Source: an uncultured Candidatus Saccharibacteria bacterium
Lineage (GTDB): Bacteria > Patescibacteriota > UBA1384 > 2-12-FULL-50-11
DNA: 64,000 bases
Direction: 5' to 3'
Assembly (NCBI GenBank): GCA_964599405.1
Contig: CAZRED010000001.1
Span: forward strand, 75,528-139,527
The notes beneath the pieces are model-generated. The model saw nothing but the letters and a program-made list of their open reading frames with translations. It had not been told where the DNA came from and ran no database searches. Both the position numbers and the translations under genes were made by a program. Within the stretch, counting starts at the first letter, position 1; every line of letters starts with the position of its first letter. Shown piece by piece: positions 57,612 to 64,000 of the stretch.

Positions 57612-59597
57612 ATGAAATTGACTGATTCGATTACGACATTGTCTGGCGTGGGGGAACAAACAGCGCAGAGCTTGCGTCGTTTGGGTGTGGAAACGGTTCA
57701 AGACCTGCTGTTTTACCTGCCTTTTCGCTTTGAAGACCGAAGCCAGGTGGTAAGTATCGCTGGCTTGCGGGTAGGCGAAGAAGCGGTAATTGCCGGGGAA
57801 ATCGGTAAAGTCCACGGCCGTCGGACTAAACGCGGCGGTTTTTTGGTTGACGCCAGGATTACCGACAAGACTGGCACCATTCCCGCAATTTGGTTTAATC
57901 AGCGGTTTCTACTATCGCAGCTGAAAACTGGGGAACAAATTATGTTGTTTGGCACCAAAAAACTAGCACCAACTATTGGCAATCCTTTTGTGGTTAAACA
58001 AATTATTACCGAAGCCGAAATTGCCCCAATCTACCCAACTACCAAAGGCTTGCGACAAGGAGTACTCCGAAAGTTAATTCGCCAAGTACTGCCGCTCTGC
58101 CCAACCTTGCCCGACTTACTGCCAAAACCACTGCAAAAGACTTTTGACGTTTCGACGCGCCGAGAGGCGCTTGCCAATATCCATGCCCCGTCCGAACTAG
58201 CGGCGTTGGAGGGTGCTCGAAAACTACTGGCGGTGGAGGAATTACTAGGTCTGGCCCTGTCGGTGCTAGAAAGTAAGCGTTTGCGTCAAAACGAACGAGC
58301 CGAAAAAATGATTGCCGATACCGACTTTTTGAAACGCTTCGTCGCCGGCTTACCGTTTGCTTTAACGACCGGGCAACGGAAAACTGCTTGGGAAATTATT
58401 CAGGGGATGACGCAAGGTTATCCGGCCAACCGTCTGCTCTACGGCGAAGTGGGGGCCGGGAAAACCATCGTTGCCCTGTTGGCGGCGGTGGCAGCGGTCC
58501 GATCCGGCAAGCGAGCAATCTTTTTGGTGCCGACAGTGACTTTGGCCGAACAGCAAGCCGAGCGAATTCGCCAATTTGTGGGTAGTCAATTTTCTGTCAG
58601 CTTAATTACCGGTACGGAAAAAGACCGTAGCGACAACGATATTATTATCGGCACCCATGCCCTACTCAATCGCGCCGACTCGTTTACTAACGTTGGCCTC
58701 ATTGTGATTGACGAGCAGCAACGTTTTGGGGTGCGCCAACGCCAAAAACTGCTGACCCACCACCCGGAAGCCCATTTGCTAATGACCACAGCCACGCCGA
58801 TTCCCCGTTCGCTCGCCCAAACACTCTTTGGTCATCTGGAAATCAGTTATTTACTGGACAAACCGGCTCATCAACAAAAAATTACCACCAAACGTTTTCA
58901 AGTGGATGAGCGAGCCAGTGTGATAACTGATGTTCGGCAACGGATTGCCGCCGGCGAGCCAGGCTATGTAATCTGTCCCGCCATTATTGAACAAGAGGCG
59001 GCCGTAACGTTGTTTGGTGATGAAAAAAAATCCGTTTCTCAAGAGGTCAAGCGGCTGCAAAAAGAGCTACCGAATGCGCGGATTGCTGCTATGCACGGCC
59101 AGCTAAAAGACGACCAGAAACAGCGGGTGATGGCGGACTTTGCCAATGGAGAATTGGACGTGTTAGTCGCCACGACCGTGGTGGAAGTGGGAATTGATAA
59201 CCAACAGGCTAGTTGGATTATCATCGAAAACGCCGAGATGTTTGGCTTAAGCAGCTTGCATCAGTTGCGCGGCCGGGTGGGCCGCGGCGAGCGGGCATCA
59301 GTTTGTTTCTTGGCCGAGCCATCGAATAACGATTTGGCGGCGAAACGTCTGAAAGCGCTAGAGCATTCCGACGATGGCTTGGCCTTGTCGGAGTTGGATT
59401 TAACGCTGCGCGGACCGGGCGAAGTGCTAGGGAGCGAGCAGAGCGGCTTGCCGGATTTGCACTACGCCGACCTGTCCGATAAAGAGCTAATTGCCAAAGT
59501 GTTTAAAGAAGCGCAAAAAATAGTTAACGATGGAATTGAAAAATACCCGTCATTAAAAAGCTTAATCAAAAACGTTGATGGACTGGCAGCGAGCTGA
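57612..59597 (+). CDS. recG: ATP-dependent DNA helicase RecG
   Basis: GEVGAGKT, IDEQQRFG, TATPIPR, LHQLRGRVGRG, DLTLRGPG. Confidence 0.96.
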   Translation: MKLTDSITTLSGVGEQTAQSLRRLGVETVQDLLFYLPFRFEDRSQVVSIAGLRVGEEAVIAGEIGKVHGRRTKRGGFLVDARITDKTGTIPAIWFNQRFLLSQLKTGEQIMLFGTKKLAPTIGNPFVVKQIITEAEIAPIYPTTKGLRQGVLRKLIRQVLPLCPTLPDLLPKPLQKTFDVSTRREALANIHAPSELAALEGARKLLAVEELLGLALSVLESKRLRQNERAEKMIADTDFLKRFVAGLPFALTTGQRKTAWEIIQGMTQGYPANRLLYGEVGAGKTIVALLAAVAAVRSGKRAIFLVPTVTLAEQQAERIRQFVGSQFSVSLITGTEKDRSDNDIIIGTHALLNRADSFTNVGLIVIDEQQRFGVRQRQKLLTHHPEAHLLMTTATPIPRSLAQTLFGHLEISYLLDKPAHQQKITTKRFQVDERASVITDVRQRIAAGEPGYVICPAIIEQEAAVTLFGDEKKSVSQEVKRLQKELPNARIAAMHGQLKDDQKQRVMADFANGELDVLVATTVVEVGIDNQQASWIIIENAEMFGLSSLHQLRGRVGRGERASVCFLAEPSNNDLAAKRLKALEHSDDGLALSELDLTLRGPGEVLGSEQSGLPDLHYADLSDKELIAKVFKEAQKIVNDGIEKYPSLKSLIKNVDGLAAS

Positions 59598-60018
59598 TCA
59601 GATTATCACGACCCACCTAGGATCGGTGCTGGTAGTGGTGTTGGTAGCGGTCAGCGGCTTTGTGCTGGGTAGCCAGTATAAAACTTCCGCCACTGAGGTG
59701 GCGGAAGAAAGTACAGAAATATCTGCCAGTGCCGAATCATCAACCATACAGGAACTACAGCAGCTGATTGCTGACCCTACAAGCCAGACCACTGTCTCCA
59801 GCGAAACGACCAGCCCGGTGATTGCTGGACTGGTCAACATTAACTCCGCGAGCCTTGCTCAATTAGAAACTTTACCAGGCATCGGTCCGAGCAAAGCCCA
59901 GGCAATTATTGAATACCGCCTGAAGAACGGGCCGTTTATTCGAGTGGAGGATCTCGACAAAGTTAGCGGCATCGGGCCAAAGACCTTGGAAGATTTACGA
60001 CCGTTAATTACGCTGTAA
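59578..60018 (+). CDS. comEA: ComEA HhH DNA-binding protein
   Basis: TM helix, then VNINSASLAQLETLPGIGPSKAQAII...GPF...GIGPKT. Confidence 0.92.
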   Translation: MDWQRADQIITTHLGSVLVVVLVAVSGFVLGSQYKTSATEVAEESTEISASAESSTIQELQQLIADPTSQTTVSSETTSPVIAGLVNINSASLAQLETLPGIGPSKAQAIIEYRLKNGPFIRVEDLDKVSGIGPKTLEDLRPLITL

Positions 60019-60060
60019 CCCTGTAAAATTCGCTATTTTTTTGATAAAATTACATCTATC

Positions 60061-60105
60061 GCCGGGGTGGAGAAATCTTCCGCAAGGTCGATTCTTCCCC
60101 CAGCA
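60061..60105 (+). repeat. Mini-tRNA-like hairpin copying parts of tRNA-Leu(TAG)
   Basis: GCCGGGGTGGAGAAAT vs tRNA GCCGGGGTGGCGAAAT; TCCGCAAGG vs variable arm TCCGTAAGG. Confidence 0.8.
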
Positions 60106-60111
60106 GTCCCT

Positions 60112-60194
60112 GCCGGGGTGGCGAAATGGTAGACGCGCTAGGTTTAGGACCTAGTGTCCGTAAGGATGTGGAGGTTCGAGTCCTCTTCCCGGCA
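60112..60194 (+). tRNA. tRNA-Leu(TAG)
   Basis: CTAGG-TTTAGGA-CCTAG anticodon arm, long variable arm, GGTTCGAGTCC. Confidence 0.95.
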
Positions 60195-60273
60195 CAACTG
60201 AAAATATACTCGTAAACCCTTGAAAAATGTGCCAATATATGGTAGTATTCGCAGACTCTTCGGAGGTTAACAT

Positions 60274-60660
60274 ATGGGTGCATTCATCGACGGTGGCCAA
60301 GTAGGCACACAGCGCGTCAGCGCTGAAAACGTCAGAAGGTTCTCTGAACTGACTGGCGACCACAACCCAATCCACGAGGGTGATCATGCAATCGTTCACG
60401 GCGTTTTGATCCTTGGAGTAATCTCCGCCGCAGTCTGGCGAATGCTAGGCGACGGAGTAATTGCTAAGGGGATTGAGAGCCTTTCTCTTGAACGACCGGT
60501 TCACCCAGACGAGGATTTCAACGTCTTCGTTGGTAACCCCGAGCCAATTCCTGGCTCGAAATACGGCGAACAGCGGGCAAAAATACGCGTCTATAAGATG
60601 TGTAATGGCCGAGAGAAAGTTATTGCCCACGGAACAATCATCGTCATCGTGCCAAACTAG
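60274..60660 (+). CDS. MaoC-like hotdog-fold dehydratase
   Basis: FSELTGDHNPIH, IVHGVL; GGAGG SD. Confidence 0.85.
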   Translation: MGAFIDGGQVGTQRVSAENVRRFSELTGDHNPIHEGDHAIVHGVLILGVISAAVWRMLGDGVIAKGIESLSLERPVHPDEDFNVFVGNPEPIPGSKYGEQRAKIRVYKMCNGREKVIAHGTIIVIVPN

Positions 60661-60737
60661 ACTCTTCGAGCGCCACAAGGTTTTCAACCCTATGGCGCTT
60701 TTTCTTACTCAAAAAATCAGGTAAAATACTCGAGTAA

Positions 60738-60809
60738 GCCGAAGTAGCTCAGTGGTAGAGCACGCCCCTGAAGAGGGTGGTGTCGTCAGTTCGATTCTGA
60801 CCTTCGGCA
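60738..60809 (+). tRNA. tRNA-Phe(GAA)
   Basis: GCCGAAG acceptor stem, CGCCC-CTGAAGA-GGGTG anticodon arm, GTTCGATTC. Confidence 0.95.
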
Positions 60810-60822
60810 CACAAACACAACC

Positions 60823-61320
60823 ATGAAAGATTTCTTCACTTCCCGCTTTCAAACCATTTCAAATTATTTGGCAACGCAGAGTTTTTCGCTGCGGGACTTC
60901 GGCAACGTTTTTTCGTGGGATTTTTGGACGGAATCGAGCATTGAACCAATCAGTGATTACACCGCGGCTCTGTTAATTTTGGTAATTATGCTAATTGTCG
61001 GATTGGTAATCTGGCGAAAAATTCTGAAAAAACGCCAAGCCGAAACACCAATTTACGACTGGCCGATTAACCAGCTGGCCAATATTGTCGCGTTTCTAGT
61101 AATAATGACACCCAGTTACTGGTTTTTCCGCAGCCAACAACTGGCTTACCTATCGAGTCGGTTAGTCGTCCTGATTACCCTTATTGTCACGATTGGTTGG
61201 TTGGGTTGGGTGGTGTTCCATATGGTTCGCCAGTTACCAGCCAAACGAGTTGCCTATCTTGAAAAAGAACGGTTTTTCAGGTATCTTCCAAAGAGTAAGA
61301 AAGCGAGAAATAACCCCTAA
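60823..61320 (+). CDS. 3-TM hypothetical protein
   Basis: FFRSQQLAYLSSR...RYLPK. Confidence 0.75.
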   Translation: MKDFFTSRFQTISNYLATQSFSLRDFGNVFSWDFWTESSIEPISDYTAALLILVIMLIVGLVIWRKILKKRQAETPIYDWPINQLANIVAFLVIMTPSYWFFRSQQLAYLSSRLVVLITLIVTIGWLGWVVFHMVRQLPAKRVAYLEKERFFRYLPKSKKARNNP

Positions 61321-62435
61321 TGCCAAAAGCAGCCACCCTAAAATCCCCGACCACTATACCCGACGTCAAGCCTCGGGGTAGTGGCAGTAACCCTACCACT
61401 ATGGAAGAGCTCGTCGAATTGATGGGCGATAAACTCGTCCCGTTCATTCAGGGCGATGTTCTGGATGTGACTGTCATTAGCTCATCGAAAGAAAACATTG
61501 TTGCTGATGTCGCTGGTGTGGCCACCGGCATTATTCCGGAGAAAGAGTTCTCCGCCACTGCTACTCGCTTGAAAGCCGGCGACGTAATTCGCGCCTACGT
61601 AATTTCCGCTGAAAACCAAAACGGCTATGTGATTTTGTCGCTAAAGCGCGCCGAAAAAGAGCGGCTTTGGAACATGTTAGAACAGCGCAACACCGCCGGC
61701 GAAACTATCGCAGTCAAAGTGATTCAAGCCAACCGTGGCGGACTAGTGGCCGAGTACGGCAACATGCAAGGCTTTATCCCCGTTTCCCAACTGTCGTTCC
61801 GCCACTACCCACGCGTTGACGGCGACCGCTCGAAAATTCAACAGAAACTCTCTGAGTTAATCGGCGAATCGCTGCAAGTGAAAATTATTAATTACGACAA
61901 AAACAACAATAAAATTGTCTTCTCCGAAAAGGCTGCCGGCGACGAGATGCTGGAAGAGAAAGCTAAAACTTACGAAATTGGCCAAAAAGTGACCGGCCGC
62001 ATCACCGGTATCGTTGATTTTGGTTTATTTGTAAATCTCGGCGATATTGAGGGGCTGATTCACATCTCCCAAGTTTCTTGGCAGCGAATCAACAATTTGA
62101 AAGACCATTTCAAAGTCGGCCAGGAAGTGGAAGCGGAAGTCGTTAACGTTGATGGCGGCCGCATTTCCCTTTCCATTAAGAAACTCCAGCCAGATCCATG
62201 GCAAATTGAAGTGAAAACTTTGGAAGTTGGCGGCAAAGTGAAGGGCGAAGTAACGAAAGTTACTCCCTACGGCGCCTTTGTTCGAATCTCCGACAACCTC
62301 GAGGGCTTGTTCCACGTCAGCCAAATGGGCGAGAACGCCAAGCCAGAAGAAGTGGTTGAGGAAAACAAGAAGTACAGCTTCGAAATTATCTCGATCGAGC
62401 CAGAACTGCGCAAAATCTCTTTGAAACTCGCCTAA
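61320..62435 (+). CDS. rpsA: 30S ribosomal protein S1 (4 S1 domains)
   Basis: ILSLKR, ANRGGL, GFIPVSQL, DFGLFV, GLIHISQ, PYGAFV. Confidence 0.93.
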   Translation: MPKAATLKSPTTIPDVKPRGSGSNPTTMEELVELMGDKLVPFIQGDVLDVTVISSSKENIVADVAGVATGIIPEKEFSATATRLKAGDVIRAYVISAENQNGYVILSLKRAEKERLWNMLEQRNTAGETIAVKVIQANRGGLVAEYGNMQGFIPVSQLSFRHYPRVDGDRSKIQQKLSELIGESLQVKIINYDKNNNKIVFSEKAAGDEMLEEKAKTYEIGQKVTGRITGIVDFGLFVNLGDIEGLIHISQVSWQRINNLKDHFKVGQEVEAEVVNVDGGRISLSIKKLQPDPWQIEVKTLEVGGKVKGEVTKVTPYGAFVRISDNLEGLFHVSQMGENAKPEEVVEENKKYSFEIISIEPELRKISLKLA

Positions 62436-62436
62436 T

Positions 62437-62904
62437 ATGCTACAGCTAAAGCGTTCCAAGTCCGGCGCTTACGAGCTATCGGATAAAAAGCAGGCCATTG
62501 AATTAGCTGGCCCAGAGATTAAACTTGCCGCCACGACCGTTAACACGCCGGGTGAATACGAACAGGGCGGTCTGGAAATTGTCTACGCTACCAACGCCGC
62601 GCTGCTGGTTTGGGATCATTTGCAGATCTGCTACCTTTTTTCGCTGACTAGCCCGGACAGTTTTGAAAAAAACCAGCTGTCATCAGCTGATATTATTTTA
62701 CTAAGCGACCAGATTGCCAAATGCAGCAAAGAACAGTTAACCGAGCTAATTGGTACCTACGATCCCCGTTCGGTAATCATTAGTAGCAAAACCGAATTGG
62801 ATGCGGGCTATCGCGAAAATATCAAACCAATCGAACAAACACCGATTAAGTTGGCAGAAAACACATTACCAATGGAGGGGCGGGATTTCTTTATCCTGCC
62901 ATGA
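62437..62904 (+). CDS. Hypothetical protein (degenerate MBL-fold-like)
   Basis: VNTPGEYEQGG, DPRSVI; no metal-binding motif. Confidence 0.6.
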   Translation: MLQLKRSKSGAYELSDKKQAIELAGPEIKLAATTVNTPGEYEQGGLEIVYATNAALLVWDHLQICYLFSLTSPDSFEKNQLSSADIILLSDQIAKCSKEQLTELIGTYDPRSVIISSKTELDAGYRENIKPIEQTPIKLAENTLPMEGRDFFILP

Positions 62905-63830
62905 CGCCGCTAGCGAAGATTGCTTCGCTACTTGAAAACGCCGGTTCAATTACTTTTGTGCTCCACCAAAAACCGGACGGTGATGCCATTGGTAGCGCCG
63001 CGGCACTATGTAGCGCTCTGTCAGAAAAAACGGTTTCCGTAGTTTCGGTAGATACCGTACCGGAAGTTTTTTTGCGCTCCGCCCGGCTTCCAAACACCAC
63101 GACACGCATCGATAAAGAACCGGATTTGGTAGTGGTGTTGGACTGTAGCGAGCTCCATCGCACCGGCATTAAAGAGCAGCTGAAAAAAATTAACCGCCAT
63201 AAAATTGTTGTGCTGGATCATCACGACGGAGGCGACTTGCCACATCTAGCTGGTCATTGCCACATTGACAATCGTTATAGCGCCACCGGGGAGATTGTGG
63301 AGCTACTGCTCAAAGAAATGCGCCGGCCCATCACCGGTCCGATTGCTGACGCACTAGTGCTAGCGCTGTACTGCGACACTGGCGGCTTCACCCACCCCAA
63401 TACTTCCAAAGAGGTGTTAACCACCGTTAGCCGGTTGATTCGCTACGGCGCCAGCATTGAAAAAATTCACCGACTGTTTTTTCAGGAATTTTCACTAGCC
63501 AAACGTAAACTTTGGGGAAAGACTTTGACGGGGTTGGAGATTAATCGTTGGGGAATCGTGCTGGCAACAATTAAAGAAGAGGACCTAGGAAAGGCCGGCG
63601 CTACCGTCCAAGATATTTTAGGGCTGGCTAACGTGATTGCCCTAACTCATGAGGCCCGAGCAGCTTTGGTACTGGTAGAGCAAGCTGATAGCTGGCGGGG
63701 AATACTGCGCACCCGCCATAGTAACGTTGATTTGGGCCGTCTGGCCAGGCTTTTTGGTGGTACCGGTTTTAAAAAAGCCGCTGGTTTTACCGCGACAAAA
63801 CAGTTATTTTCCGGTAAAATTTACAGTTGA
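62901..63830 (+). CDS. nrnA: DHH/DHHA1 phosphoesterase NrnA
   Basis: HQKPDGDAIGS, LDHH, DTGGF, GGTGFKKAAG. Confidence 0.88.
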   Translation: MTPLAKIASLLENAGSITFVLHQKPDGDAIGSAAALCSALSEKTVSVVSVDTVPEVFLRSARLPNTTTRIDKEPDLVVVLDCSELHRTGIKEQLKKINRHKIVVLDHHDGGDLPHLAGHCHIDNRYSATGEIVELLLKEMRRPITGPIADALVLALYCDTGGFTHPNTSKEVLTTVSRLIRYGASIEKIHRLFFQEFSLAKRKLWGKTLTGLEINRWGIVLATIKEEDLGKAGATVQDILGLANVIALTHEARAALVLVEQADSWRGILRTRHSNVDLGRLARLFGGTGFKKAAGFTATKQLFSGKIYS

Positions 63831-63833
63831 TAC

Positions 63834-63914
63834 GGGCGTGTGGCGGAACGGTATACGCGGCGGACTTAAAATCCGCTGCCGCAAGGCTTGTGGGTTCGAA
63901 TCCCACCTCGCCCA
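63834..63914 (+). tRNA. tRNA-Leu(TAA)
   Basis: GCGGA-CTTAAAA-TCCGC anticodon arm, long variable arm. Confidence 0.95.
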
Positions 63915-63917
63915 CAA

Positions 63918-63989
63918 GGTCACTTAGCTCAGCGGTAGAGCGTCTCATTTACACTGAGAGGGCCGTAGGTTCGAATCCTACAGTGACCA
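63918..63989 (+). tRNA. tRNA-Val(TAC)
   Basis: GGTCACT acceptor stem, TCTCA-TTTACAC-TGAGA anticodon arm, GGTTCGAATCC. Confidence 0.95.
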
Positions 63990-64000
63990 CAAAAGATGCC

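Overview
Bacterial chromosomal window that looks like Patescibacteria/CPR (inference from a shortened alaS and miaA, an FtsA-like plus baseplate-J-like gene pair, split comEC, tRNAs without encoded CCA and several apparently leaderless genes). The backbone carries mltG, ruvX, alaS, secG, comM, miaA, yvcK, trxB, topoisomerase IB, dnaJ/dnaK/grpE, comEC, yebC, ruvC, recG, comEA, rpsA, nrnA, a glycan-metabolism cluster and 9 tRNAs. A ~16 kb accessory tract separates dnaK from dnaJ. It contains (i) self-contained single-gene cassettes that share promoter, terminator and oriented junction motifs, with no integrase in view; (ii) a heliorhodopsin; (iii) a non-coding array of five ~80-bp units with fixed internal spacing and sequence-variable terminal palindromes, next to an uncalled 29-aa membrane peptide; and (iv) an AT-rich DGQHR / methyltransferase / DUF262-HNH defence-like block. 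Other oddities: tRNA-mimicking hairpins upstream of two tRNA-Leu genes, a GIY-YIG mini-element bounded by tRNA-Lys 3' repeats, and a recurrent 18-bp palindrome. Product calls rest on motif recognition by eye, not database searches.
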